A DNA stretch of 63,528 nt, the filler included, from Reticulomyxa filosa (taxonomy: Eukaryota; Protista; Foraminifera), in NCBI GenBank assembly GCA_000512085.1. It is 18 parts of 18 records of this genome, joined end to end, with 100 filler letters (N's around TTAATTAATTAA, not from the genome) between each part and the next. Parts side by side here need not be neighbours in the genome. Positions count along the whole stretch, not along the records: positions 38,492 to 45,738 come from ASPP01037534.1; positions 45,839 to 48,706 come from ASPP01007023.1; positions 48,807 to 50,522 come from ASPP01001491.1; positions 50,623 to 56,552 come from ASPP01024906.1; 14 more parts are not named here. The stretch is one strand, 5' to 3'. A program made the translations under genes and the position numbers. This document shows positions 38,492 to 53,130 of this stretch, piece after piece (within the stretch, counting starts at the first letter, position 1; the number at the start of each line of letters is the position of its first letter). The notes under the pieces are model-generated. The model saw nothing but the letters and a program-made list of their open reading frames with translations. It was not told the origin of the DNA and did not search any database.

Positions 38492-41400
38492 AAGAGTTTG
38501 ATCACTTTGTTCACGTAATTTCTTCACGCCTGCTGTTTCATTTGCGTCATACAATGACAAAATGCTTTTGTACGAGTCTTTGCAGAACAACTTCCATGCC
38601 AGATTCACCCAGGTCTTTTGGCCCGTTTCGACGGCCTCTGCCAAGATTAGATAAGGGAATTGTCTCGGTTGTGGTGACAATGGGACTTTCTTTTTTGAGT
38701 TTGCTCGCCGATCTGGCTTTACAAACTCGGACAAGTTTGCTACTTTTTCAATAAAACTCCAAATCACTGAGACATTAAAACTGCGATATCATAACGTCTC
38801 TCAACAAATATTTCATTAACGTTCGAATGGAATCCAGAGCACGTGGGACTCTTGATACAAACTAAACTCTTGACATGAACATTGCGCAAAATACAATAGC
38901 GTATCGATAATAGCTTGTCCTTTGCCGCTGAGTATTTGATTCAAATATGTTTTTTGCCAATTCGTAGATTGAATTGTCGCTACAAAGAACTGGTGGTGGA
39001 ACACGGTAATTAACATTGTATTGTCTTTGGCACTTTGCAATTCTCCTCCGATTTCTCATCGGCGCTGGGCAATGCCAATTGGTAATTCAAAATGCGTTGG
39101 AGATATTCAAATCGAGGATCGCTCGAGAATTCTCTCGTGGATACTTCGGTCACTCTCGATACCCACTGCACGAAGAAGTTCATAAGCAATGGCTCTTGAT
39201 AGCCTTTGTTCAATATATCTGCGATCAATTCTTTGCTTTGTTGTAAATAGCATCGCACTTTATTATCCGTGTCCGTCGAATCAAACATGCAGCACAAACT
39301 GGTTTCCAAACAACTCAATCGTTTGGAAAGTGCAACCGATGTCATTGCTATCGAAAAGCGAAGTTTCACACTATCATACAAATTCAAAGGAACACCAGAG
39401 CCTTGCAGATTTTCTATCAATAAATTTAATCGATGGGTCAAAGCGGAATACAATTGATTTTCCTATTTATATATTAACATTGGGAGTGCAAGCTTTCAAT
39501 CTATCCAAGAAACGATTGAAAATGGTGGATATAATATTAGGCCATATTTTTTCATCCAAGAGATGTGGGTTATATCTGCTGCATTCAAAGCCTAAAAGCT
39601 TTCATAAGATTTGGACAGCCATGATGAATCTCTGTTCGTAAATTCGACGAATATCGGGCTTGTGATGATATAAAAACTTTTAGTCAAAGTTCAGAACAAT
39701 ATCTTGACTGACTTGGCTCATGGTATCAGCAAATAACTTGGATCCAGTGTCGTGTTCACGTGACGATTCGTAAAAAGTGGAAATGGTGTCAATGCTACGC
39801 GCAAGGCAATGTAAGGCATATCAGCGGCGCTGTTAATACGAATTGATCGTTTTGGCTCTTTGTGATTGGGGTGAATGTGTTTGGTATCAAAGATTCGGAA
39901 TTCCTTTGTCTTACAAAGACTTCTCTTCTTCGTGAACAAAGACACAGTAATAAACTCACCAACATTGCTTTCAATGTGACGCTTTGTAATCACTCCACTG
40001 ACCCATGTGCTACTACCATCCACGCTCACTTCAATATTTTCATCATTGGCTTCCCATTGGTCTCGGATCAACCATTCATCTTCTGCAATTCAGCTCTTTT
40101 TTTTTTTTTACGCTTTTCGTTGGCAAAATCTTTTTTGTCTTTTGTCTTCTTCTCATTTTCTCATATGACCTTGTCTTTCTTTGTTTCTTCCGGATTCTCT
40201 TTTGTGAAATCGATTTCATAAATTCGCTTTACCAACACCAACAGCAATTTGTCACGTAATCGGTCTCGATATTCCGTTTTGAACGCAATTGAAGAAAACG
40301 TGTCCAAGTGCTCCAAGATTCTTGGTTTGAAACTAATCTTTTTGAAACGATAACCCGACGTGTTGAGCCGACCACCGATGAATGCAATCATGATTTCGTC
40401 GTGCGTAAATGATCCGAACACCAATTCGAACGACTCCAAGATTTTCCAAGCCGTGTTCACACGAGTGACTCCAAAGGACAATCTACCGCCAAGATCTTGG
40501 ACACCTCGGTCAATATCACAATGCGGACATCTCGATGCAAATTCTTGCGTTTACATTCGTACAGCACCATACGCAAATGTCTGGGCGTGGAGTTGCTGGT
40601 AAGCATGCGGATCACTTGTTTGGTTTGTACGTGGTGATTTTCATTTTCGTTTGTTGTTCTCCAGTCAGCACTACCTTCATTATATTTGTAAACGCGATAT
40701 GAGGAGCATACGACAGACACTTGGGGATGGCATAGGCTGCAACTCGAAGCTTGCTGTGAGCTCAGCATTTCCGGTGTCAATAGATAGATAATGCAAAGGG
40801 GGGGGGGCCAACATGTCGTCTCCATACATAACATTTTTGATCAAAGCCTCGGTAATTTTGACTCCCAACTCTTTGGGCTTGCGTTCCGACAAAAACTCGA
40901 CAATGTCGGAATACGTGAAACTGGGCAGCAATGTCAAGCGCTTGGCTGCAGTTTTCGCGTTCGCTCATGGGACGCTTGTTGTTTACGAGTTGTCGAATAC
41001 GTTGTGCTTTGCCAATTTCTCGATTTGGGTTGGCAGCAAGCGATTCAGGTCATAGCAGGCCTCCAATAAATACAAAAATGTCGCGATGATTAAATTCGAG
41101 GATGTCAATTTCATCGTTCTTGATTTCATCCACTTTGGCTATTTATTTCGTTTCAGTGTCGTCATCCACCACAGCGATTTGTGTTTGTTTCTCCAACGTC
41201 AGTTCTTGAAGCCATCGTTTTCTGGCCATTTCCAGACTCTGTTGTTCCCTGTGCTGCGTTTGCACTAGTTCTTTGATTGGTGCCGTCCGCTGATTGTTTT
41301 AACGCATTGGCGCGTCTCTTTTTCAATTCGTTTCGCAATGTCAAGTTGGTAGCAATGGCTCGACACAATGTGGTTCTCATCACATCGGGTTTTTTCGCTT

Positions 41401-44400
41401 CTTGCGTTGGATATCCTGCAGAGCAGAACGAAAGTGCGGCTTGACTAACGGATCATTGGAGCAGGTCTTGCTCTCGTTGTGCTCGTGACTGGAAGCGCGT
41501 TCCAAAGGCCGAACGTAAAAGACACCACCACGATAAGGCTTTGGCTTTTGCTACTGTCCAAAAACTCCTCCAACAACTCTTGTCGATAATGCATTAAATG
41601 TTTCCAAACGAACCGCAAATGGATTGCCGACTTTGTGATGCGCAGCGCAGCCGCTGTTCGATCAATTCATCACGCTTCGTAATTGCGCTTTTTGCTTTCG
41701 TCTCCATGCAATAAATTCGTAGTGGTACCATAGCCATAGCACTCGCGGTGCTTGTCTGCTATATAGCATCACACATCATGGTATTCTGTCAAAGTGTCCA
41801 ATTTCTTTCCACAACAACGCACGAGGATAACGTTGGTGAATGCAATTCGAATACTTGCTGTGGTATTTCCTTACCAACTTCTCCAACAATAACATGGCGC
41901 AGCAATGGGCATTTTCGATTATGCGCAAACCTTCATTGTCCACCAAATTCACATTCTTCAAGGCTTGCAAGATATATTGAATGCCTTGTTTGACAATTGG
42001 GACTTCGTAGCAACGATATCGCAACGACCCTCGATAGGTGGTGTTGTATACAATTTGAGTTCCCGTCAAGAGCAGCCCTTCAATTTTGGGACCCAACTTG
42101 TCTTCCGGTATTCCCCATTGGAAGGTCTCTTGTCCAAATTGAACGTGAGCAATGTGCTGGTTTTGCTTACTTTGACCTCGACCCAAGTATCCTCCCTAAA
42201 TCCATTGCTCCAACATATCTGTCGCCCAACATTCTCATTCAGTGTCCGTCCTGAATATCGAGGGTGGTACTGCCAATTTTTCATTTTGCTTGCGAGCGTT
42301 TTCGCGACTGACTGATTCTTCACGGAACAACAACATTGTATCGGTTGCGCTTCCCGTGTTATGCTCCAATTGCACGCTCTCCTTGTCTGGCTTGCGCTCC
42401 ACGTTTACTTGTTTCAAGCAGGACAACGCCACTTCCCAATACTTGGTAAAAACGGGCCATGTGAACGATGGCAACTTTGACCACTCAATCATGGTTCTTC
42501 TCTGTTTCTTTTTCTCTTCCTCTTTGTCTATTTGCTTCTTTTTCTTTGTTGTTTTCTTCTTGCTTTCGTCCTGTTTGTTGTCGTCGCTTTTCTTTTCGTG
42601 TGTGTCTTTGGCCGTAATCAAAGCCAACTTGCGTGCTTTCTTCTCTTCAAGATGCTGCTGTCTTCTCGCGTTGCACACCTCGCGACGCAACTTTGAATGA
42701 GCTACTCATCTGCCTTTGCGGCGAACCAAAATGTGTCCAACAGGATCCAAGTTCTTTTCGTAGTATTCTTTGTACAATGCCACGCCTCGTTTTTTCAAAT
42801 CGCCCAAATTAATAACAAAATTGACAGCGACATCCAAGCGATATTTGCACATTCGCCACTGCACTTCGACACCAAATTCAAACAAAAACCCATTCGAATC
42901 GCGAACTGCATTCTGGATAGCGTCCAATGACACATCATAGAAATGACGCAGCAAAGAGTGACTGCGCACCTTGTCCCAGGTTCGATTGTTCGCTTCGCCT
43001 GTATCCAAGTCTTGCACATCCAAGCTGTCGTCCAACATTTTCAAAATGTTGTCGAGACACTCTTTCGACTGCAGCAACTATCCGATTCTTTGATCAGTCG
43101 TCGACGAATGACAGGGTCGCTCACATCGACATATTTAATCAACTTGTTGCGAATCTGTTCCGATGTTTGCTCCGCCTCCGCGTCCAAAAGCCATTTCAAG
43201 CGATGCGTCACTCCCGTTCGAACTTTTTTGTCGACTTTGGCGGGATCGTTGAAAATCGCCTCAAACAGTTGCACCAACAAATTGGGGTCTTTTTCGTTAA
43301 AATTTCAATATGTTGCTGGGTTCCAACCACTTTAAATATTGTTCCAATTTGTTCCGTGGTCACTCGATTATCCGACAACAAATCATTGAGGATGATCTAT
43401 TTCAACAGGAACCACAGAAATCAGCCATTTTTGAAATTTGGCACCAGATAACCAGCCAAACAAGGATTTTGATTTGTATCAAGCCCGAGCGATAACTTTG
43501 GGCTGCATCAGTCAAAGCAATGCCATAAAAAGACATCGCAACGCGCCATCCAACGCATCTCGAATGTGTGTCCTGCAAAACGGGTTGTTGCCGGTGTGCG
43601 ATCCATGTGAAGCACGCTGTTTTTGAGAACTCGGCTGAAAGGGTTTTAAAGTGAGAGGAATAAAAGAATGGTAACATCCATCTGTTTCCGCTTGGATTTG
43701 TCCATTTTCTAAACCAGCAGCCATGCTAATGAACTTTTGCACTGCCAAGTCGATAACTGTCCAGTAATGAAGCTGTATCCTGTCGCCTGCGATACCACAA
43801 CCAATTTCGTGCGGTTAAATGTGTGTATCAGTTGCAAATCCACGTCGCTTGATCTAGAAAGTCGGTATGCTTCCAGTGGTTGTTCACTCAATGACGTATC
43901 ATGAAAGATTTGTGCTTCGAAAAATGCCCAACTGAATCCTAGGTCTTGGTCCATATCACCAGTATCTAATAATTTTTTTTTTTTTTTAAGCATTTGTCTA
44001 GTAAAAAATTACATTTATACACATGTAACCTTTTGATAAACAAAAAAAATTTTATCCCCTTTTTTTTAATTGTACGTTTTGTTTTTTGCTGCCCCTTGCA
44101 ATTTTTGAGGACATGAAACGAACACGTTCATTAACTTTGTGAATAGCAAGTTGTTGGAAGGAGATTCATCAAACTGTTGAATAATAATCGATTGTACCTG
44201 TCTACCCACCAGTTGTCATCATCGGTGTCTAATTGTGAACCGGTGCCTGATATTGTTATCCCAGGTGTTGCTATGAGTTGCTTTGCAGAACCTATTTTTT
44301 TAAACAAAAAAAAAAACCAATTTTTATGTGGAAGCTATAATTTTTTTTCCCAACACCATTTTTTTTACTAGATAAAAAAGTGCGTATACAAAAAAACACA

Positions 44401-44500
44401 GAAAAATTCTTGCAAGTTAACTTGTTGGCCACAAAAAAATTGTATTCATCAAAGTGTTTTCTTTTTTTTCCGCAAATTTCTCAACGCAACGAGAAATAAC
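38492..44500 (-). pseudogene. Very large decayed gene (roughly 1,900 codons, running off the contig), product unknown
   Basis: Small spliced 5' exons (acceptors at ~44292 and ~43967), then ~5.5 kb of tiled, overlapping minus-strand ORFs joined by more than ten frameshifts or stops; K/E-rich linkers; possible Tudor/Agenet-like domain at 39870-40071. Confidence 0.7.
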
Positions 44501-44560
44501 TTTTGTTAATGTTCAAAAGTTGAATGGAAACAAAAAAAAAAGGAAGAAACTACAATAAAA

Positions 44561-44621
44561 CGGTACAATAAACCACAAAAATAAGGCAACGGTACAATAA
44601 ACCACAAAAATAAGGCAACGG
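44561..44621. repeat. 29-bp perfect tandem duplication
   Basis: cggtacaataaaccacaaaaataaggcaa at 44561-44589 and 44590-44618, with partial flanking copies. Confidence 0.95.
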
Positions 44622-45899
44622 AACTAAAAACAAAACTAAAACTCACCAAAAAGGGGCGCAGGGGGGGGAAAGGTCTCGTTGGACAAAAAATAGTAAATTT
44701 TTTAGTGCATTCTTGTTTGTTCCAGATGCAAATATATGAAAACGTGTAAGTGCTTATGAAGCTACATATTTGACTTTGATTTCATCATTTTGTTGAAAGA
44801 GTAAGAACTTGTTGTTCAGTTAAAGGATGATCAAAGTATCCTTTGCTTTTTTTAAAATTTGTTTTGATGCACCTTATTGCTTTGACATGATTTTTTTTAA
44901 ATATATTATTGACTCGTACAAATTTTACTTTTAGTTTTAGTTTTTCATTTTATGATAGCTTATTTTTACAAATTTGCTTATTGAAGAATTTGTATTATTA
45001 TTTGAATCATTCTTTTTTTTTTTAACTTTTCTATTTGTGAAATTTTTTCATATTGTCGAAAATGCTTCATTTATAAATTCTTTTTATTTTATCAATTATC
45101 CATATTTAGTGTGTTTTTTTTTATTAAATCAAACATACGATTTAAATAATCCATTTTTTAAAGTAATGCTGCAATAATTATGTCAAAATTTTTACAATAT
45201 TCATGATTGCAACAGATGCTCAATACTGACCATATCCTTTTTTTTTCGCCAATACATTTATTCAAGTTCATTTTGATTTGTTTTCACATTTTTATTCAAG
45301 TCAAATTTTCTTCAACTCAAATGCACGCATGTGTTGTCTTCATTCAACTTTGAATTTTTATTTATACTCGGATTTCGTCACATTTTTTATTATATTTTTA
45401 AAGAATATTAATAGACCAATTAAAGTTAAGAATTTTGATGCTTACCTCTCATTTACAAAATCAATGTTTTTACCAAATAATCAATTTGGTTAATACGAAT
45501 GGAGAGCGTACAGACGAAACAGGAGAATATAAAGAATGACGAAGTACTTCTGCATGATCATTTATTTGATCTATGCATTTTGTATAATTTGAAATTGCTT
45601 CATCCATTTGATTTTTCAATTTTATCTTTTCCAAATATTTTTCATAAATTTGTCGTTGTATTGATTTTTGATTTCAGATGTTCCTTCAAAATATGTTGAT
45701 GCAATATTCACATCACCCTATGTATTCAAACAAATCAANNNNNNNNNNNNNNNNNNNNNNNNNNNNNNNNNNNNNNNNNNNNTTAATTAATTAANNNNNN
45801 NNNNNNNNNNNNNNNNNNNNNNNNNNNNNNNNNNNNNNAACTGCTGTGTATATAACAAACAGCCCCGAAACAATATGAAAAAATAAAAATTAGACAAGC

Positions 45900-46856
45900 A
45901 TATAACTCGGAGGGCTTTCTTTCGACAATATGGTCAGTCGACAAACTTTGGAGTGTGTGATCAACTCTCACTTCCTCCTGGATTTGATCAATGAAATTAC
46001 AAATGCATCAAACCCATTCAAAATTTAAAATAAATAAATAAACAAACAATAGACAAAACAAACAATTCCGTTTGACACGACCTTCAAAATTGATTGTATT
46101 TGTTGTGTCCTTTGAAATGCGTCCAATCTTTCTTTTTCATGCAACTTTTTCAATTGGTCTTTTTTCAATCTCACTATTGTTAATAACTGCTTTTCTTTTT
46201 CGAATGAAACTTGTGCTGCTTTCCTCCTCTCTTCCATTGTCGATAGTCGATTTTCAAATGTGTTTAAAAATTCAATATTTCTTTGTTCACATCTTCTTCG
46301 CCACTCGGGCAACAATCTTTCAACTACATATATGCAAGGAAGTCAAAAGGTAACAATATGCTATGCAAACAATGGAGTTCATTACTTTTTTTAAAAGAAG
46401 GATCAATTGAATTTGGTAAGTGCTAAATTGTTTGTTTTTCTTTTTTTGTCAGAGCCTGTGCGTTACAAACAAAACTGATGGCACAATATTTTTGTTTTTC
46501 TTGTTGCAATTGCGTGTGAAAGTTGGAGCTCCGACGTTTTTTTTCCAACAAATAACCTGCTGTAACTCGCTTCCACGCTTTAATATTTTTTCTTTCAACT
46601 CACTCCAATATTGCTGCTGTGCTTGCACGTCTTGTAATATTTCCTTCCACTCCTCTCTTTGGGCTTGCAATTTTTTACTGTTTTCTTGACTTTGCACACT
46701 CTTTATATGGTCCAGTCGATCCAGCCTCTTTTGGAGCTCTTCTTGTTTAATTTGTATGTCATAAGCATCTAAGGAGTCATATTGACCATGGTCAAGGCTA
46801 ATGCTATTTGTAACAAAGAGTTGGGTCTGCTCTGGTCTAAACGTTCGTTGAATCAT
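45900..46856 (-). CDS. Coiled-coil protein, 5' part, multi-exon (possibly a pseudogene)
   Basis: ORFs 46449-46856 and 46025-46315 are E/K/Q/R heptad-rich and separated by AT-rich intron-like sequence. Confidence 0.55.
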
Positions 46857-49800
46857 CTCAACTTCTATTTTTGCCCCTCTACCAAATTATTATTTTTTCA
46901 TAATTTTTTTCTTATCAGTACGACCAGCAAAAGTGATGACGTAAAGATTATTTACTTTTAAATTTTTTTTGTTTACATAAATTTATTTACTCTATATTGA
47001 GAAAGAGAAGAATCTTTTAATTGGTTTGTTGTATTTTTTCTTTCAATGCCAGCAATCAATCTCTTGTCACAATGTCAACAGAGCCAAAATTAAGTTTTGA
47101 GATCACAATTACCTATTTACAACCGTGCACAATGTGCATTTGCCAGTTGCAGCACTGTGGTCAAAGAAATTGTTACCATTTTTTTCAGGAAATGTCGACA
47201 TTTTTTTTTGTTTATTTGTTTGTGTGAGTTGAATACTCAATGAAAAATTAAAAGTGCATTCCACTCATCTGCTATGGAAATGAATAATAAGATACTTTTT
47301 GATTGTTCAATTTCTTTTCTTTGTTTGCAAGTCATTAGGACTTACTATTAGATGAACTACAAAGGAAAAAAAAATCAGTAGAGCTGTTTTGCGTATTTGT
47401 CCATTGCTGAGGCCATTTTAATATCGTTGATGCTCAGTCCATTACAGTCATGTGTACTCAATGTCACATCCACACGATTGTATACGTTAAACCATTCTGG
47501 ATGATGGTTCATCTATAGTATTCCAATGGGAAGGAAGAGATTGGATAGTTTAGAAAAAAGAAAAAGGTCAAAACAAAACAGTTTCAGCAAGTAATGCCGT
47601 TCTTGTCATAAATGAAAATGCTTCATTGAAATCTTTAAATTTGAATGATTTTTTGATGGCATCCCTTCCTTCTACCTATCATCAAAGAATATGTGGATAT
47701 ACATGTACATATTTTTTAGGAGCGGCCTTCGTGTACGTTACAACATACCGCTTTCCAGTCTGACAGTTTCACCAAGTGCTCTTTTCTTTCCGTTTCAGTC
47801 AGTTTTTTGGGAGCTGAGCCAAATGCCCGAGCTCCGATTCGAAAGGCAAAGAAACTTGATTGTTTCAGTCCACACGAGATCGTCGCCATGATTGCAGATT
47901 ATAGAAATTTGAGAGTTTTTTTGAAGGAAAAGGCCACACAAAGCCAAACGAAATGCCTCCACGTAACTGACAGGGAGCCTACAAGAAACTAATAGTTTTG
48001 AAAAGTATTGGACAAAGGGATTTTTTCAGATCCATTGATTTGCCCAATTAACCATGCAAAGTCGCCTTTTTTTATGATCTTTGATAATGAAGACAGATCC
48101 TTCCCTATTATCATTACAGTGGTTTACAATTGTTGCTGGTATGCAAATATAAGAAAAACAAGAAGGAGAAAAAAGAAGGTCAAAAAAAAAAAGGGAGGGA
48201 GTGCTGGTAACGACTTTTAAACAACAGCACCGAATAAAATGGATAAATTACATTGTTATTCCAAAGTACACAACAAAAAACAAAACAAAAAAACAATGAT
48301 TAGTATTGAGTCCTTTCTGTTGTGGGAATGGCCACTCGGGTTGACACTTTTGTTTGTTGTTGAGAAGCTGTTTCACTTGAGCTATTGATTTGTTTGTATA
48401 ATTTGTGAAGTATTTTCAATTGATAAAAAAAAAAAAGATACGCCAAACGCACACAAAAATACACATAAAGAAAACATACACAAAAGTGGCATGTTCACCC
48501 AATTTGCGATTGTACATGTCATACTGTTTCATTTTGCATATCCATTACAACAACCAATGTGTTTTAGGAGAGAGAGCAAAGGAACAAGCAGAAACAAAAA
48601 AATCAAATTAACTTCTTTATCCGTGACGTAAAGATTAAAATTGATCATAAATAAGAATTCAATTTCTAAAGAGTTCATCCTTTTTTTTTTTTTTTTTTTT
48701 TTTTTTNNNNNNNNNNNNNNNNNNNNNNNNNNNNNNNNNNNNNNNNNNNNTTAATTAATTAANNNNNNNNNNNNNNNNNNNNNNNNNNNNNNNNNNNNNN
48801 NNNNNNTTATTGATTGTTGATATTTTCATAAGAGATCCTAATTGATTGATTTGATTTAGAACTGGATTTTTTAATATTAGATCAATAGATGAATCACTAT
48901 CTTCGCAATGCTCATCATATATCATTATTTCCTTAAAGTTTACTTCTTTCTTAAGACTCCAATTTATTTTCTTTTTTGTCTTTGTTTCATCAAAGTTTTG
49001 ATGCAATCAATTAAATCAATATTTTTTTCAGTTTATGATAATTTCCTATCAATACATAAGTATATTCATTTATGTTGAATTTGTTTTTCATTCTGTAGCT
49101 TAGCCCTTTTTTCCCCATCTACTCTTTTTTTCTAGCAATGTAAAAACAAAACGGAAGTTTATTCTATGCATGGTATCGAGTGCGCCTTTCACTCACACTT
49201 CTGGCGTATTGAACATTTTTTTTTCAAAGTTTACTTTTTTGCCCGGTATTAAGTGAGTGTTGTGATTGATATCCTGTGCTGAAAAAAGATCATTTTGAGT
49301 GTTTGGTGTCTTTTTTGTGTGGTGGAAGGTTGCCAACATTTACAATAAATGTCCTTTTTATTTTAGTTCAAGTTATTTATCATCCAACGTCAAAGTTCTT
49401 TGAACCTGAAAAAGTATCAAATCATCTCTTAATGAAGACTGTTTATCTAAAAATACAGAGCTCAAAAAAAACACCATAATTCTAATTTTTTAAGCCGTGA
49501 GAAAAGGGATTAAGAACAAAGATATTTCGGTACACACAGCTGTAAAATTATAAAATTTCACGTTTAAATGTAAAACTTCAATTGTCTCTAATTGACAGTA
49601 CTTCAACTATGCTTTGTTTTTAATGGAAAAAATTGGTGTTCGAAAAAAAAAGCCCCTTGAACAAAAAAGCTTTGTTGTTTAAGTTTTGTTATTTTCTCGC
49701 TACGTTAAGACGAGCAATTGTACATTATGAAAGTGAATCCTGATTTTGTTTTCAGGTAATTTTAGTTTTATGATAACTGAAAAGGATTTTCCGTCGTTTG

Positions 49801-51313
49801 TGCGAGACAGAGTGTGAATTTTCTGGGAGACAAGAAAAAATCTTTTGTTGATATTTAACTGTCTGAAATACAAACATTTAATAGCGACACACGCTCCATT
49901 TTCGAGAGTTTCCAGTGCCCAGCCAATAGAAAAATAACCATGCAATCCAAAAAAATTGTGCATCCATAGCCGCAAAGAAGCACATGCTTACGCTAAAAAA
50001 AAAAGCCACATTTGGAAGTTAAAGCCAAAATCGAACGCGAAAAAACTATTGATGCCATGTACGAGCTAGAAAATGAGTATCTTGTGGAGATATTCAAGCG
50101 AGTGTTGTAACTGGCTCAATGTGGACAAAGAAATTTGAACTTTGGAGCAAGCACGAAAATATATAAAAAAAGGGATGCTAATGTGAAACAATACGTACGT
50201 ATAAAAAAAATTTTATGGACGATGTAAAAAAAAAATTGGTAAAAATTTGATCATGCATACCGACTAAATGAGAGTAGTCGCAATATTGTTTATGGCTTGT
50301 GATATCGAATATTTCGCATTAGCCAATGATTATCTATTGCAATGTTGGTGAAGTTTTTGTTAGAAAAATGATAGCCAAAGTAACATAGTTACGAGTGTTA
50401 TTTGGCTTCTACACGAAAGCAAAGGCCTAAAGACGGATTGTCAATAATACATTTGTGTTATTGACTTTATTTTGAAGCCTTTGTTGCTAGTGTGGAAATC
50501 TGATAATATTTGTAAATGTGTCNNNNNNNNNNNNNNNNNNNNNNNNNNNNNNNNNNNNNNNNNNNNTTAATTAATTAANNNNNNNNNNNNNNNNNNNNNN
50601 NNNNNNNNNNNNNNNNNNNNNNAAAAAATTTGATTAAATGTTGTTTTTTCATGGAAACACAATAATCTCTATAATGCGTTATTTTAGGTGTCACTTTCTT
50701 TTTTATCCTATAAAAAAAGTTTGACTATTCCTTAGGATAGTTAGTATCACGAATACTTTTGATGAAAAAAGAAAGGAATATCTAAGTTTAAACAATTGCG
50801 ATAAACTAGCTTAAATTAAAAGTTGATTATTTGAGTAAATAAGATTCGAATCGTTAGAATAAGCAAAGATAGAGCGTTGATATAACAACCGCTCATATCT
50901 TTCCGCTTTCATTGAGCCACAATTGGAACTTTTTTGGCAACCTTTTATATAGTGTACAAAAATGTCTCAAGCAAAAAAAGATGAATAGATTTAGAGTCAT
51001 ATTTTAACTTGTTTCCATTTTCTTTCCTTATAAAACAATCTTATAACAACTTTTCGTTTGAAACCCATACCATCATTTTCAATAGTGTGTAGCAAAATAT
51101 CCTCTATTTCATTATTTGTGTTTGATTGATTTCTTTGTAAAATAAAGTTGATTATTTTAAAAACGATTTTCTTGTGTAAGATCGTTACAATCTTGATATA
51201 ACCATTTGTAGTCTTTCAGTTCCGGAGGAATTCCTAGTTCTTTTCCATCTCATGCTTCGAGAACATCACTACCGAGGCCTTCTGGTATCGTGGCCTCCCA
51301 ACGTGTATTTGCA

Positions 51314-53130
51314 CTACATCCAATTGTTGAAGGTGCACATGCAGGCAGGTGGATACACAAAGCCGTATCTCAGTTGTAATCCAGGAATGGATGACGGAGT
51401 TGGACCAACGAATGGATTAGGAAACGAGGAAGCAGGATAACACGAATATCTAAAGAATTGTTGAGAAGGAGTGCATCGCTGTTGTGGTAAAAGTAGAGGC
51501 TGAGGAACAGGCGCAAATGATTTGGAAAGGAGTTGAGCACGCACAGTGTCATTGTTATCGTCACCATCATTATTAGCACTCTTTAGACCTGGCTTATTAA
51601 GCTCACATTTTGGCACAGAAAGTGAGAACATGGGCGATGGTAGCTCATGAGGCAATCTATTGTTCAAAGGCAAATTTTGTTCTAACATGAAAGGAGAAGG
51701 TTCAGGAGGTGTCCATTCTGTGCACAAGGAAGACGATGAAGAAATGGAAGGCATATCTTTTTTTTTCCCGTCTCTTTGGCATTGTTTTTTTTCCTGTTTC
51801 AGTTTTTCTTTTTCCGCTTTCAATTGTAAACGCTGTATTTTTTTGGTCTCTTTCTCCTGTCTCTTTGCTTCCTTCTCTTTTTGTTTCGTTTCTTTTTCTG
51901 CCCTTTTTTGTTCTTCACGCTCCAGTCGTTGTTGTTTGCGTGATGCTATCATTTCCAACTTTTTGCCACTGATCGATGTTGTTGATATATTTTTGTTAGC
52001 CACTGTTTCCAAGAAACGTCTTCGGTCTCCAATGTTCACTAACTGTCCTCTCCCAAATTCACAGACAAAAATAAATAGTAGTGTGAAAGTGCAAGGAATA
52101 TTGACTCGTCGTTTTGTTTTTGTTTGCTTGTTTGTTTTTTTTTTTTTGAGTCCGTTGCTAACAATATCCGAAAAAGCAAAACGTTTTTTCGTTCAACATA
52201 TATTGTTCCTCCCTTATTGTTCTGGAAGCGCATCAAACATTATACGTACTCTTTGAATGTTTTTTTTTTTGTTTTTTTTTTTTTTTTTTTTTTGCTCGTT
52301 TTTTTCATTTCTCATTTTACGTACGGACAGGCGTGCAAAGAAACAAAATGAAACAAAAACAAATGATAGGTAAATGTAAAGATTGTACTTTGGTGTGTCT
52401 TGAGGGATTGCTTTGATTGAGCATCTGCTTAATCTTTTCTTTATCAAATGTTACTTTCGCCGTAAGCGTGCATTTGTTTGTATTCTCACGATTGGATGGC
52501 AACGACATATTTTGAAAAGGTAATTGATTTTCGTTTCCACTTTCATTTTCCTTTTCCGATGAGCTAGGTGAAGTACTTTTTTTTTTTACCAAATGTAGTC
52601 GCTTGATCAAGAAGATATGCTGGTCGCTTAAATGTGACGCTTTCCACTACGTTCAATCGATCATCATCTTTGCTGATTTGCGATGGTACTAGAGAGGCGG
52701 CCCAATTAGGTAACATAAACTCCTTAATGGCTATCGTTTCAGTTCCAGTAGAAAAGGTATTATTTGGAGCGACACTGTCTTGGACTTGTGTCTCTTTGTC
52801 GTGCAAGGACAAAACGAATCGGAGCCATTCCCATTCGTTATTCGAGTTTTGCCCTAATAAAACGAGGTTCTTCAGAGAGTTGATGAAGTGGAATTTGTCA
52901 GAGTAAGGAATAAAACTCAAGGCCATGAGAATACGACTAAGGAAAGCTGGATTAAACTGATTAATGTCAATACTATTTTCCAATTGTTTTGTGTCACTGT
53001 TTAATTTTGCATCCAAGTATTCAACCAGTGACGTCAAAATTTTGGAATTGTGCTTAAGGTGGACAATAACCGTATCAAAGCTCCAATTTTCGGTCGATTC
53101 ACGAAAAAGATTCGTCATGGAAGACTCCAT
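51314..53130 (-). CDS. Hypothetical multi-exon protein with a K/E-rich coiled coil and Pro-rich tail; weak SAM-like motifs; frameshifted
   Basis: ORFs 52564-53130, 52317-52610 and 51314-52039; ENWSFDTVIVHL and NIGDRRRFLETV are SAM-like; frame break at the T-run near 52577-52587. Confidence 0.5.

Noticed and set aside
38492-44000. Programmed frameshifting, an alternative genetic code or an endogenous virus as the explanation for the tiled ORFs
   Set aside because: No common shift motif, breaks are mostly indels, intact genes in the window use standard stops, the 5' end has spliceosomal introns and no viral hallmark was seen.
47300-50500. Protein-like fragments in two contigs
   Set aside because: Probably decayed genes, but no frame or family could be supported.
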